The position numbers and the translations under genes are program-made. Under the pieces are notes generated by a model, which was not told the DNA's origin, made no database searches, and saw only the letters and a list, made by a program, of their open reading frames with translations. Shown in pieces: positions 1-9,678 of a stretch of DNA of 63,877 bases (positions are counted from its first letter, which is position 1; every line of letters starts with the position of its first letter). The stretch comes from an uncultured Clostridium sp. (lineage in GTDB: Bacteria; Bacillota; Clostridia; TANB77; CAG-465), in assembly GCA_900553785.1 (NCBI GenBank), contig USES01000004.1, forward strand, positions 1 through 63,877, read 5' to 3'.

Positions 1-284
1 GCAAAAAAGCCTTCTAAATAGTTATTTTCAAGACCAAAATAAATTGGCCTGTGCTTTGCATATGAAAAATACGTGTGTAAATCATAGGCCTTTTTGTATT
101 TAAAATGTATATGTTTTATCTTTGTTTAAAATTATAAATTAAGTATGGAATAGCTATTGTATAAATTAGATATATGTAATATACTTTAAGAAGTGTAAGT
201 AATAGATTTAATTTACATTAAGCATAATATGGATAATATTTACTCATACTTTGTTTAAGAATAAAAATAGGAGGATATATGAAA

Positions 285-1244
285 ATGAAAAGTAAAAATG
301 CGATTTCGCTTATTGTTTTAGTTATAACAATATTAGTTTTAGCTATAATTGCAACTACAGTTATTGTTGTGTTAAAAAACACAAATATAATAGAAAATGC
401 ATCAGATAGTGTAACTGATTACAACGAAAGCCAACAAAAAGAAAGTTTGAATATGATGTTTTCAAATTCAAAAATAATTTGTAATGAAAATAAGAGTGAA
501 GAAGATAAAATAGTTTCATTATCAAGTTTGTTTGGAGAGGGGAAAGTTGTAAATAATTTTGACGGAAGTGTAAATATAACAGATAAATATAATCAAACTA
601 TTGCTGTTGCATTAAAGGACGGTGAAAAGGTTCCAGATATATCAGATACAGATATTACTTTTAATATAACAGGCGTAGGAACACAAGACACGGTTGAGGT
701 AAATTACCAAACGGAAGATAATGAAAATATGTTTGAGTTATTAGGCAGTAAAAAATATAATTTTGAAAGATTATGGTTTACAGATACTGCAACTACCGCC
801 TTGACACTACATTATTATAAAGGTACGGATAAGGGTATAGAAACTGGAAAAAATAACAATTATTCATTGTGTATTACTGGAGGAGGAAATCTTGACATAG
901 ACATAACAGATGAGGATAGCAATAGCGTAGATAAAGGAACTTTAGGAGATGTAAGATTAAAGTTTAATACTACAATAACTAAAAAGTTTAACGTTGTAAA
1001 TACTGGAAAATTAGCTGCTAAGTATAAATTCTCATTTAGTGTTTCAAATGTAAAGTCAGGAGATACTACTGCGGGCAAAGAAAATTTAGAGGATTACATA
1101 TTTGTGACAATAAAAGATGACAAAGGAAATGTTGAATGTACTGGAAATTTAAAAGATATAGCTGGGCAAAGTGAATTTCATTTGTCAGCTGGTGAAACTA
1201 ATACATATGTAGTTGAAATAACATTAAAAACTCAAAAACAATAA
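285..1244 (+). CDS. Pilin-like N-terminal anchor protein, paralog 1; C-terminal beta-rich domain loosely TasA/camelysin-like
   Basis: ORF track 279..1244. Start moved to ATG 285 because GGAGGA (270-275) lies 9 nt upstream of it. The N-terminus MKSKNA-ISLIVLVITILVLAIIA has basic residues, a small residue, then a ~20-aa hydrophobic helix as in prepilins, but no Glu at +5. A hairpin terminator follows. Confidence 0.8.
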   Translation: MKSKNAISLIVLVITILVLAIIATTVIVVLKNTNIIENASDSVTDYNESQQKESLNMMFSNSKIICNENKSEEDKIVSLSSLFGEGKVVNNFDGSVNITDKYNQTIAVALKDGEKVPDISDTDITFNITGVGTQDTVEVNYQTEDNENMFELLGSKKYNFERLWFTDTATTALTLHYYKGTDKGIETGKNNNYSLCITGGGNLDIDITDEDSNSVDKGTLGDVRLKFNTTITKKFNVVNTGKLAAKYKFSFSVSNVKSGDTTAGKENLEDYIFVTIKDDKGNVECTGNLKDIAGQSEFHLSAGETNTYVVEITLKTQKQ

Positions 1245-1265
1245 TTACATAAAAGTGTGTATAGT

Positions 1266-1301
1266 AAAAACTTCTTGCAAAGTTTTGCAAGAAGTTTTTT
1301 T
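1266..1301 (+). terminator. Rho-independent terminator
   Basis: AAAAACTTCTTGCAAA / TTTGCAAGAAGTTTTT inverted repeat followed by a T-run. Confidence 0.8.
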
Positions 1302-1357
1302 ATATATGTGATTAAATAGTTTATGTAAAATGAGTTCTAAATTTTAAGCTATAATGC

Positions 1358-1386
1358 TTGACTTGTATCGAAAATTGCAATATAAT
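1358..1386 (+). promoter_or_regulatory. Sigma-A type promoter of typA
   Basis: TTGACT (1358-1363), 17-nt spacer, TATAAT (1381-1386). Confidence 0.6.
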
Positions 1387-1421
1387 ATTAAGGTGCGAAA
1401 ATGAAAAAAGGGGAAATTTAG

Positions 1422-3233
1422 ATGAAAAATATTAGAAATGTCGCTATAATAGCCCATGTTGACCATGGTAAAACTACTTTGGTAGACTGCCTATTAAAAC
1501 AAAGTGGAATATTTAGAGCAAACGAACAAGTTTCAGAAAGAGTCATGGATTCTGGAGATATTGAAAAAGAAAGAGGAATAACAATACTTTCTAAAAATAC
1601 ATCTGTAATGTATGGGGATATTAAGATAAATATAGTAGATACTCCAGGACATGCAGATTTTGGTGGAGAAGTTGAGCGTGTACTTAAAATGGTAGACGGT
1701 GTACTTTTGGTTGTAGATGCTTTTGAGGGTGCAATGCCTCAAACAAGATTCGTATTATCTAAAGCTTTAGCTTTAAACTTAGTGCCAATAGTTGTAATAA
1801 ACAAAATAGATAGACCAGGCGCAAGACCTGCACAAGTGTTAGACGAAGTATTAGAGTTGTTTATGGATTTAAATGCAAATGATGACCAATTAAACTTCCC
1901 AGTAATATATGCTTCTGGTAAGGGCGGATTTGCAAGATATAACGCAGAAGATACAAATGAAGATATGAAACCATTATTTGAAACAATAGTAAAATATGTA
2001 CCAGAGCCAACAGGAGATGAAGCAGAGCCTCTTCAAGTGCTAATTTCAAATATTGATTCTGATGAATATACAGGAAGAATTGGTATAGGTCGTGTTGAAA
2101 ATGGTGTAATACACAATGGACAAAACGTTGCAGTGTGTAAAAAAGATGGTTCAGTTCAAAACATTAAAATTGGTAAACTATATACATATGTAGGTCTTAA
2201 ACGTGTTGAAACAGATACAGCAAAATGTGGAGATATTATTGCTATAACAGGACTTACTGGAATTAACATTGGTGAAACAATAGCTGATCCAGAACATCCA
2301 GTTGCAATACCTTTCGTAGACATAGACGAGCCTACTGTTTGTATGACATTTAGCGTAAATAATGGACCTATGGCAGGGCAGGAAGGCAAGCTTATAACTT
2401 CTCGTCATATAAGAGATAGATTATTTAAAGAAGTAGAAACAAACGTATCTTTAAGAGTAGAAGAGACGGATTCTGCAGATTCTTTTAAGGTATATGGACG
2501 TGGAGAACTTCACTTATCAATATTAATTGAGCAAATGAGACGTGAAGGATTTGAACTACTTGTATCTAAACCTCAAGCTGTTGTTAAAGTAATAAATGGT
2601 GTAAAATGTGAACCTATTGAAGCAGTTACAATAGATGTACCAGATGAATTTGTTGGAGCTGTTATGGAAAAAATGGGTAACAGAAAAGGTGAGATAACTA
2701 ATATGGCTCCATCACTAACTCAAGTAGGATATACTAGACTTGAATTTAAAGTTCCAGCTCGTGGCCTTATTGGATATAGAAATGAATTTATGACAGATAC
2801 AAAAGGAACTGGTGTTATAAACAGTATATTTGCCGGTTTTGAACCAGATAAAGGAACAGTTGTTACAAGAACACATGGAACAATTATAGCTTTTGAAAGA
2901 GGAAAATCTACTACTTATGGTTTGTTTAATGCTCAAGAAAGAGCAACATTATTTATTGGACCAGGAACAGAAGTATATGTTGGTATGATAGTTGGTGAGA
3001 ACTCAAGAAGCGAAGACATGATAGTTAATGTATGTAAAGAAAAACACTTAACTAATACAAGAGCTAGTGGAAGTGATGATGCATTAAAACTTGTACCACA
3101 CAAGATATTGTCACTAGAGCAAGCATTGGAATTTATTGCTGATGATGAACTTGTTGAAGTAACACCACTTAACATTCGTTTAAGAAAGAAAATACTTGAT
3201 CCTACAAAGAGATTAAGAGGAATAGCAGATTAA
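1422..3233 (+). CDS. typA: Translational GTPase TypA/BipA
   Basis: AHVDHGKTT G1 motif, DTPGH and NKID motifs, EF-G-like domain order, ~600 aa. Confidence 0.95.
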   Translation: MKNIRNVAIIAHVDHGKTTLVDCLLKQSGIFRANEQVSERVMDSGDIEKERGITILSKNTSVMYGDIKINIVDTPGHADFGGEVERVLKMVDGVLLVVDAFEGAMPQTRFVLSKALALNLVPIVVINKIDRPGARPAQVLDEVLELFMDLNANDDQLNFPVIYASGKGGFARYNAEDTNEDMKPLFETIVKYVPEPTGDEAEPLQVLISNIDSDEYTGRIGIGRVENGVIHNGQNVAVCKKDGSVQNIKIGKLYTYVGLKRVETDTAKCGDIIAITGLTGINIGETIADPEHPVAIPFVDIDEPTVCMTFSVNNGPMAGQEGKLITSRHIRDRLFKEVETNVSLRVEETDSADSFKVYGRGELHLSILIEQMRREGFELLVSKPQAVVKVINGVKCEPIEAVTIDVPDEFVGAVMEKMGNRKGEITNMAPSLTQVGYTRLEFKVPARGLIGYRNEFMTDTKGTGVINSIFAGFEPDKGTVVTRTHGTIIAFERGKSTTYGLFNAQERATLFIGPGTEVYVGMIVGENSRSEDMIVNVCKEKHLTNTRASGSDDALKLVPHKILSLEQALEFIADDELVEVTPLNIRLRKKILDPTKRLRGIAD

Positions 3234-3251
3234 AATATATTTTAAATTGTG

Positions 3252-3295
3252 CATTTTCACTTTGTTTAATTTTAACAAAGTGAAAATGTTTCTTT
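3252..3295 (+). terminator. Rho-independent terminator
   Basis: CATTTTCACTTTGTT / AACAAAGTGAAAATG stem followed by a T-rich tract. Confidence 0.8.
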
Positions 3296-3397
3296 ATGTA
3301 GGTAAAGTATGGTATAATACCTTTACAAAGCATCAAACATGATTTAAAATTAGGTTTGAAGTATGTTTAGTTTAATTATATTTTAGGGAGAAAAATA

Positions 3398-4591
3398 ATG
3401 ATAATAATATATATAATGATAATAATTCTTAATGTAATAACTTTAGGTAGTCTGTTATATTTTGGAATTACTTCGCTGTTTGTGATGATTAAGGATAGAC
3501 ATGTGTCAGAATTCGTACCAAAAACTAAATTTGCAGTTTTAATTGCTGCAAGAAATGAAGAAAAGGTGTTGCCACACTTACTTAGCAGTTTAAATAACCA
3601 GTCGTATCCGGATGAATTGTATGATGTATATGTAATACCAAATAATTGTACAGATAATACACAGAGCGTGGCAGCTCAAAATGGGGCTAAAATAGTAGAT
3701 GTTTCATCTACTGATGTAAAGTCAAAAGGTGAAGCACTTAAGTATACATTTGAATATTTTAAAAGTAATAACATAAAGTACGATGCGTACATAATATTTG
3801 ATGCAGATAATGTAGTACATCCGAATTTTTTAAAGAAAGCAAACGATTATTATTGTAGTGGAGTTAAAGTGGCTCAAGGTTACAGAGATAGCAAAAATCC
3901 ATGTGACACTTGGATATCTGGGGCATTTTCTATATATCACTGGATAAATGATACTTTTATCAATAACAGTAGAAATAATATTAAACAATCTTCTTTTATT
4001 AACGGGACTGGATTTATGGTTGCAAGCAGTGTTATAGAAAAAATAGGTTATAACGTGAGTACAATAACTGAAGATACTGAGTTTAGTATATTATGCGCTT
4101 TGAATGGATATAAAATAGGATTTATGAAAGAAGCTGTTACATATGATGAACAAGCAACGGATTTTAAAACCTCAATAAAGCAAAGAAAACGATGGTCTTA
4201 TGGAACATTACAATGTTTAAAAAAATACGGTGCAAAACTCGTTAAAAAACATAGTTTTCAGTCGATTGATATGGTAATGTTTTTAATGGGCTCAATACTT
4301 CAGCTTATTGCAATAGTAGCGCAAGTAGTAAGTAATATGCCATTTTCTATTTTATATAATGGAATAAAAAGCCTTATTATTGGTTTAGGTATATCATTTG
4401 TATCTAGTATATTTATAGCTTTAATTACAGTAATTATAAACAAGAAAAAAGTAAATATCTTTGGTGTATTATTATTTCCATTATTTATAATTACTTGGAT
4501 ACCAATAAATATAATAGTTTTGTTTAAGAAAGAATGCAAATGGGAACAAATAGCTCACGATAGGGTACTTACTATAGATGAAGTAGCATAA
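3398..4591 (+). CDS. Membrane-embedded family 2 glycosyltransferase, processive-synthase type
   Basis: N- and C-terminal TM helices. Motifs FDADN, ITEDTEF and QRKRW (Q-x-x-R-W) are typical of processive beta-glycan synthases. Confidence 0.8.
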   Translation: MIIIYIMIIILNVITLGSLLYFGITSLFVMIKDRHVSEFVPKTKFAVLIAARNEEKVLPHLLSSLNNQSYPDELYDVYVIPNNCTDNTQSVAAQNGAKIVDVSSTDVKSKGEALKYTFEYFKSNNIKYDAYIIFDADNVVHPNFLKKANDYYCSGVKVAQGYRDSKNPCDTWISGAFSIYHWINDTFINNSRNNIKQSSFINGTGFMVASSVIEKIGYNVSTITEDTEFSILCALNGYKIGFMKEAVTYDEQATDFKTSIKQRKRWSYGTLQCLKKYGAKLVKKHSFQSIDMVMFLMGSILQLIAIVAQVVSNMPFSILYNGIKSLIIGLGISFVSSIFIALITVIINKKKVNIFGVLLFPLFIITWIPINIIVLFKKECKWEQIAHDRVLTIDEVA

Positions 4592-4593
4592 AT

Positions 4594-4633
4594 AAAAACC
4601 CAGACTCAATATACTGAGTCTGGGGATTTTTTT
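4594..4633. terminator. Bidirectional terminator between convergent genes
   Basis: CCCAGACTCA / TGAGTCTGGG 10-bp stem flanked by an A-run and a T-run. Confidence 0.8.
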
Positions 4634-5099
4634 AAATCTCAATAAGTTTGAAATCAGGTTCGTTCTCAAAATATTCGACGCAACGATCTCTGATGGACTT
4701 ATCACAAGTAGTTACAGTTACCTTGAATTCCAATACGTTTAGGAATAGGAACAGGTTTAAAAAACCATCGACAAGAGATTTATCAAGAGTGCAAGGGAAT
4801 CCGTCAATAAATAGTCTGGTGTAGGGTTCCTCCATTTCAAGGATAGCTTCTAGTTCATAACAAAACATTAAGATAATTCTTTCTGAATAGCTAGGAAAAG
4901 CAATTTCTGATACATTTTTGCCGGTAAGCATGGTAAACATGCTTTCAGCACATTCCTTATTTACGTAGTCCTGAGAAAAATAGTCGTTAAACTTGAATAG
5001 ATAACTTCCTTTTTTTCTCATTAAGTTCCGGACCATTTTAGATTTACCAGAGCCATTGGCACCATAGATTAATTGAATGGATGCATGTTTTTTGCACAT
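4632..5099 (-). CDS. Miniature ABC/AAA_21-like P-loop ATPase (155 aa) with degenerate catalytic motifs
   Basis: Walker A GANGSGKS, signature-like PSYSER, Walker B RLFIDGF (Glu replaced by Gly), TTCD in place of the TTHS H-loop. GGAGGA SD. Codon usage richer in G/C than its neighbours. Confidence 0.7.
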   Translation of the reverse strand: MCKKHASIQLIYGANGSGKSKMVRNLMRKKGSYLFKFNDYFSQDYVNKECAESMFTMLTGKNVSEIAFPSYSERIILMFCYELEAILEMEEPYTRLFIDGFPCTLDKSLVDGFLNLFLFLNVLEFKVTVTTCDKSIRDRCVEYFENEPDFKLIEI

Positions 5100-5113
5100 A
5101 GTTTAGTCCTCCA

Positions 5114-5129
5114 AAATTTAATTAAATTT
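5114..5129 (-). promoter_or_regulatory. Perfect 16-bp palindrome AAATTTAATTAAATTT abutting the SD of the mini-ATPase gene
   Basis: Read directly. It lies 1 nt from GGAGGA and 24 nt downstream of the -10. Confidence 0.7.
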
Positions 5130-5153
5130 GAATTGTGGTAATACCACAAGTCT

Positions 5154-5182
5154 ATTATAACACTAATTGCAATTTATGTCAA
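5154..5182 (-). promoter_or_regulatory. Sigma-A promoter of the mini-ATPase gene
   Basis: On the minus strand: TTGACA, 17 nt, TATAAT preceded by TGt (extended -10). Confidence 0.65.
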
Positions 5183-5282
5183 GAAAGGTGATTTGATGTG
5201 CAATGAATTTCAAAAATATATAGATTGCTCAAAATATATATGATATAATCGCATTAGTGAAAACAAAAGAGGAGACTTTAGA

Positions 5283-6386
5283 ATGAAAAGAATTAAAGAC
5301 TTTGTCAAAAGTGAGGTAGTATTATCTGTTGCTATTGTTCTTACAATAATAACATGTTTTTTTGTTCCAATAGATAAAGAATATTTAAATTATTTTGATT
5401 ATAATACCTTAATATCTTTATTCTGTATGTTGGCTGTCGTAGCCGGTTTAAAAAACACTAATGTGTTTGATTTAATGTCTAGAAAGCTAATAGGGATGTT
5501 TAAAACTAGGCGAGATGTAATATATGCCCTTGTGTTTGGAACTTTCTTTTTTGATATGATAGTGGCTAATGATATGTCACTTATTACCTTTTTACCACTT
5601 ACGTATTTGGTGTTACACTCAACTCAAAATGATAAATATTTAGCGTTCACTTTCATAATGCAAACAATTGCGGCTAATATGGGTGGAATGATTACACCAT
5701 ATGGAAATCCTCAAAACTTGTATTTATATTCGTATTATAATATACCTACTACTGAATTTTTTGGAATACTAATAATTCAATCTATAACAGTTGCGATTAT
5801 GCTTTGTTTGTGCTGTGCATTTGTTTCTAATGAGCCACTAAAGCTTAAAAGTGATGAGAGAATTGTAATAGATAAGAAAAAAACAATAATATATTCAATA
5901 CTATTTATATTAGTAATATTGAGTATATTTAGAGTGGTTCCACACATATTAGCATTAGCTATAGTAATAATAACTGTTATGGTTGTTGATATTAAAAGAT
6001 TTAAACAAGTAGATTATGCACTTATTGCAACTTTTTTTGTATTTTTTGTATTTTCTGGAAACATAGCTAGGATTTCAGTAATTAAAGATTTTATATCAAG
6101 AATAGTTGTGAATAATACTCTTCTTGCGGGAATAATTTCGTGTCAGGTAATAAGCAATGTTCCAACAGCAATATTTTTATCTAAATTTACTATGAATTAT
6201 AGGGACTTGTTAATATCCGTAAATATTGGATCACTTGGCATACTTATATCATCTCTTGCAAGCTTAATTACCTTGAAAGAGTTTTTGAAACATCAACCAA
6301 AGAATTTTTGGAAGTATTTAGGAATGTATACTTTTTACAATACAATGTTTCTGTTGGCATTATTGCTGGTAACACATCTCACATAG
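5283..6386 (+). CDS. Anion permease of the ArsB/NhaD (YbiR/CitMHS-like) superfamily
   Basis: Polytopic membrane protein with the GNPQN motif. Confidence 0.7.
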   Translation: MKRIKDFVKSEVVLSVAIVLTIITCFFVPIDKEYLNYFDYNTLISLFCMLAVVAGLKNTNVFDLMSRKLIGMFKTRRDVIYALVFGTFFFDMIVANDMSLITFLPLTYLVLHSTQNDKYLAFTFIMQTIAANMGGMITPYGNPQNLYLYSYYNIPTTEFFGILIIQSITVAIMLCLCCAFVSNEPLKLKSDERIVIDKKKTIIYSILFILVILSIFRVVPHILALAIVIITVMVVDIKRFKQVDYALIATFFVFFVFSGNIARISVIKDFISRIVVNNTLLAGIISCQVISNVPTAIFLSKFTMNYRDLLISVNIGSLGILISSLASLITLKEFLKHQPKNFWKYLGMYTFYNTMFLLALLLVTHLT

Positions 6387-6450
6387 CGAAATAAGGTGTA
6401 TTTACAAATAGTCGAAAATATAGTAAAATATATGCTTGGAGGACATAAAG

Positions 6451-8034
6451 ATGATTTTAACAAGTAATGTAAGTTTAAGGTTTGGAAAAAGAACTTTATT
6501 TGAAGATGTTAATTTGAAATTTACTGATGGTAATTGTTATGGTTTAATTGGAGCAAATGGAGCTGGTAAGTCTACATTTCTGAAAATTTTATCAGGAGAA
6601 ATAGAGACAACTACTGGTGAAGTAATAATGCCAAATAATGAAAGACTTTCTGTGTTGAAACAGGACCATTCTTTGTATGATAATGAAAAAGTATTAACAG
6701 CTGTAATAATGGGAAATAAAAAGCTATATCAACTTATGATAGATAGAGAAGCTATATATCTAAAGGAAGACTTTACAGATGAAGATGGAATACGTGCAGG
6801 AAAGCTAGAAGAAGAATTTGCCAAACTTAATGGTTGGGAGGCAGAAACTGATGCAGCCAAACTTTTAAGTGGATTAGGAGTTGAAACAGAAAACCATGAA
6901 AAATTAGTTAAGGATTTGAAGGAAGAAGATAAAGTAAAAGTATTGCTTGCTCAGGCTTTATTTGGAAATCCTGAAGTATTGTTACTAGATGAACCTACAA
7001 ACGGATTAGATAGACGTGCTATCGAGTGGTTACAGGAATTCTTAATAAATTTTGAAAATACAGTTATCGTTGTATCACATGATAGATATTTTTTGAATAA
7101 AGTTTGTACACACATTGCAGATATAGATTTTGGAAAAATACAATTATTTGTTGGTAACTATGATTTCTGGTATGAGTCTAGTCAGCTTATTCAACGTCAA
7201 ATGAAAGAGTCTAACAAAAAGAAAGAAGAAAAAATAAAAGAGTTGCAAGACTTCATAGCAAGATTTAGCGCAAATGCTTCTAAGTCAAAACAGGCTACAT
7301 CTAGGAAGAAAATGCTTGAAAAAATTGAGCTAGATGAGATTAAACCTTCAAGCAGAAGATATCCATATATAGACTTCAAGCCAGATAGAGATATAGGAAA
7401 TGAAGTGCTTCAAGTAAAAAATATTAGCAAAACAATAGATGGCGTAAATGTATTAGATAATGTTTCGTTTATAATGACTAAAGAAGATAAAATTGCTTTT
7501 ATTGGAGATAATAGCGTTGGAATATCTGCATTGTTTAGTATATTAGCAGGTGAAATGGAGCCAGACTCTGGAGAATTTAAGTGGGGCCAAACAGTAACTG
7601 AGAGTTACTTCCCAAGAGATAATTCAAAGTACTTTGATACGGATTTAAACTTAACTGAATGGCTAAGACAGTATTCAAAGATTAACGATGATACTTATGT
7701 TAGAGGGTATCTTGGAAGAATGTTGTTTTCTGGCGAAGAAAGCTTGAAAAAAGCAAATGTAATTTCTGGTGGCGAAAAGGTAAGATGCATGCTAACTAGA
7801 ATGATGTTGTCTGGTGCAAATGCTTTGATTTTTGACGAGCCAACAAATCATTTGGATATGGAAAGTATAACAGCTCTAAACGAAGGAATGAATAATTTTA
7901 AGGGTGTAATATTATTTAGATCATATGACCATCAGTTAGTACAAACTGTTGCAAATAGAATAATTGATGTAACACCAGGACATTTCGTAGATAGAAAAAC
8001 AACATACGATGAATATATTTCTAGTTTAAATTAA
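6451..8034 (+). CDS. ABC-F family ATPase (two NBDs, no TMD)
   Basis: Two Walker A / LSGGE-type / Walker B sets joined by a charged linker. Start moved to ATG 6451 downstream of GGAGGA (6438-6443). Confidence 0.9.
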   Translation: MILTSNVSLRFGKRTLFEDVNLKFTDGNCYGLIGANGAGKSTFLKILSGEIETTTGEVIMPNNERLSVLKQDHSLYDNEKVLTAVIMGNKKLYQLMIDREAIYLKEDFTDEDGIRAGKLEEEFAKLNGWEAETDAAKLLSGLGVETENHEKLVKDLKEEDKVKVLLAQALFGNPEVLLLDEPTNGLDRRAIEWLQEFLINFENTVIVVSHDRYFLNKVCTHIADIDFGKIQLFVGNYDFWYESSQLIQRQMKESNKKKEEKIKELQDFIARFSANASKSKQATSRKKMLEKIELDEIKPSSRRYPYIDFKPDRDIGNEVLQVKNISKTIDGVNVLDNVSFIMTKEDKIAFIGDNSVGISALFSILAGEMEPDSGEFKWGQTVTESYFPRDNSKYFDTDLNLTEWLRQYSKINDDTYVRGYLGRMLFSGEESLKKANVISGGEKVRCMLTRMMLSGANALIFDEPTNHLDMESITALNEGMNNFKGVILFRSYDHQLVQTVANRIIDVTPGHFVDRKTTYDEYISSLN

Positions 8035-8037
8035 AGT

Positions 8038-8052
8038 AAAAGAGTCTTAAGG
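8038..8052 (+). repeat. Left copy of a 15-nt direct repeat flanking relE (AAAAGAGTCTTAAGG)
   Basis: Matches 8406-8420 at 14 of 15 positions. Confidence 0.75.
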
Positions 8053-8060
8053 CTCTTTTA
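8038..8060 (+). terminator. Terminator after the ABC-F gene
   Basis: AAGAG-N-CTTAAGG-CTCTT hairpin plus a T-run. Confidence 0.6.
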
Positions 8061-8124
8061 TTTTATATAGCAAAAGCCCTAAAACTTATACATTTAATGA
8101 GGTAAAAGAGGAGTTGGGGTTATA

Positions 8125-8394
8125 GTGAAATATAACGTTGTATTTTCAGAAAGAGCAAAAAAGCAATTAAAAAAACAAGATAAGCATGTAGTTGCATTAA
8201 TAATAGGCTGGTTTGAAAAGAATATTCACGGGTGCGAAAACCCAAGGCAACATGGAAAAGGCTTAGTGGAAAACAAATCTGGGGAGTGGAGATATCGTAT
8301 AGGAGATTATAGAGCGATATGCGAAATTAAAGATAAAGAACTTATAGTGTTGGCTTTGGAAATTTGCCACAGAAAAGAAATATATGATTGGTAG
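8125..8394 (+). CDS. relE: RelE/ParE-family type II toxin with no adjacent antitoxin
   Basis: 89 aa. WRYRIGDYRAICEIKDKELIVLALEICHRKEIY matches the RelE/StbE core. GTG start with AAGAGGAG SD. Confidence 0.85.
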   Translation: MKYNVVFSERAKKQLKKQDKHVVALIIGWFEKNIHGCENPRQHGKGLVENKSGEWRYRIGDYRAICEIKDKELIVLALEICHRKEIYDW

Positions 8395-8405
8395 CATGAA
8401 AGTCC

Positions 8406-8420
8406 AAAAAGAGCCTTAAG
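8406..8420 (+). repeat. Right copy of the 15-nt direct repeat (AAAAGAGCCTTAAGG)
   Basis: Lies inside the hairpin AGAGCCTTAAG / CTTAAAGCTCT downstream of relE. Confidence 0.75.
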
Positions 8421-8442
8421 GTTGTCTTAAAGCTCTGCAATT

Positions 8443-9057
8443 TTATTTATAATATTCATTTATTAAATCATCTATTTGTTCAACTGTTATAGCCTCATCA
8501 AGTTTATGTAAAATATTTGAGTTTTTATCTAAGAAATACGTTTTTGGTATTGTACTTGCTTCGGGATCAATAGCCTTGCGTATTACTCTTCCAAAGTCTA
8601 ATAATACTTCAGTATCAAAATCTACGGTTCCACCTTCTAACAAATCAAGCAGCCCATCAATTCCGTTATCTTTAAATTCATGTGCTATAAAAACTATATT
8701 TACATCTTTATCATCTTTATATTTTTTAATTATATCATTTAAGGCTTGCATTTCAGTTGCACAGTTTGGACACCAAGAAGCCCACATAAACAAAATTGTA
8801 TTCTTACCTTCAAACATAGTTTTATCATAATAGTTTATAACTCTAATAGTTGAATTAGATTTTGTAGTTATGATTTGTGAATTGTCATCTTCATTAAATG
8901 TTATATCTGAATTATTTTTGTCATCATTTGTTGTATTTCCTGGATTAGCGGTTCCCCCATTACGTTCTTTATAGTCTGAAACAACTAAATATGCGCCAAA
9001 GCCAATTATTGCACATAATAATACACAAAGTATAACTATAATTATTTTTTTATTCAT
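8443..9057 (-). CDS. Membrane-anchored thioredoxin-fold thiol-disulfide oxidoreductase (TlpA/ResA-like)
   Basis: N-terminal TM helix and a WCPNC active site. Confidence 0.8.
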   Translation of the reverse strand: MNKKIIIVILCVLLCAIIGFGAYLVVSDYKERNGGTANPGNTTNDDKNNSDITFNEDDNSQIITTKSNSTIRVINYYDKTMFEGKNTILFMWASWCPNCATEMQALNDIIKKYKDDKDVNIVFIAHEFKDNGIDGLLDLLEGGTVDFDTEVLLDFGRVIRKAIDPEASTIPKTYFLDKNSNILHKLDEAITVEQIDDLINEYYK

Positions 9058-9117
9058 AAAATCACCTTTTACACTGACAAATTATATTACAAAAATCTCT
9101 AAAAAACAACAAAATAA

Positions 9118-9146
9118 TTGAAAAAACATGAGTGTTAATATATAAT
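9118..9146 (+). promoter_or_regulatory. Sigma-A promoter of the 9172-13017 operon
   Basis: TTGAAA, 17 nt, TATAAT. Confidence 0.6.
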
Positions 9147-9171
9147 TAGTCTGTTAAATAGGAGTTAGTTT

Positions 9172-9675
9172 ATGAACAACATTGAGCATATAAAATACAC
9201 ATACAAGCATAGGAAAATAGTTTTGTTTTTAGCAAATAAGTATGTAAAAAATAAAAAAGAAGAGATAATAAATCAACTTAAAAAACATGATATGGATAAG
9301 ATGTTTTTATACCTTTTTTATAACAAGAAAGATGCATCAAACATTCATAGATCTTTTACTTCACATCATGAAAACGAGCTACCTAAGAATTATGTGGATT
9401 ATGTTGAAATGGTATTAGATTGGGAAAGTGCAAGGTATACTAAACCAGATAAACCATTAAATGCTTATGATACGTTATATAAGTACTATCCTGATATGGA
9501 AGAAAATGTGTTGCCAATACTTAAAGAGTTTGGACTAGATATGTCCAGACAAGATGCAGAAGAAGACGTTCTTGAGTATGCAAAAAGTTTGGATAACACA
9601 TCTACCAAAGATATTGAAAATGAAATGATTCAAAGTATTGAAGATATATTTGATTGTTTTAGTAAAGAGGAGTAA
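9172..9675 (+). CDS. Hypothetical protein with an HD-like motif (DUF5662-like)
   Basis: ORF with SD. KKHDMDK and SHHEN motifs. Family assignment from memory only. Confidence 0.6.
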   Translation: MNNIEHIKYTYKHRKIVLFLANKYVKNKKEEIINQLKKHDMDKMFLYLFYNKKDASNIHRSFTSHHENELPKNYVDYVEMVLDWESARYTKPDKPLNAYDTLYKYYPDMEENVLPILKEFGLDMSRQDAEEDVLEYAKSLDNTSTKDIENEMIQSIEDIFDCFSKEE

Positions 9676-9678
9676 AAA

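Noticed and set aside
8096-8125. 9-codon frame MRVKEELGL whose stop overlaps the relE start
   Set aside because: It is far too short to be an antitoxin and coincides with the relE SD. At most it is a relic, so it is not annotated as a gene.
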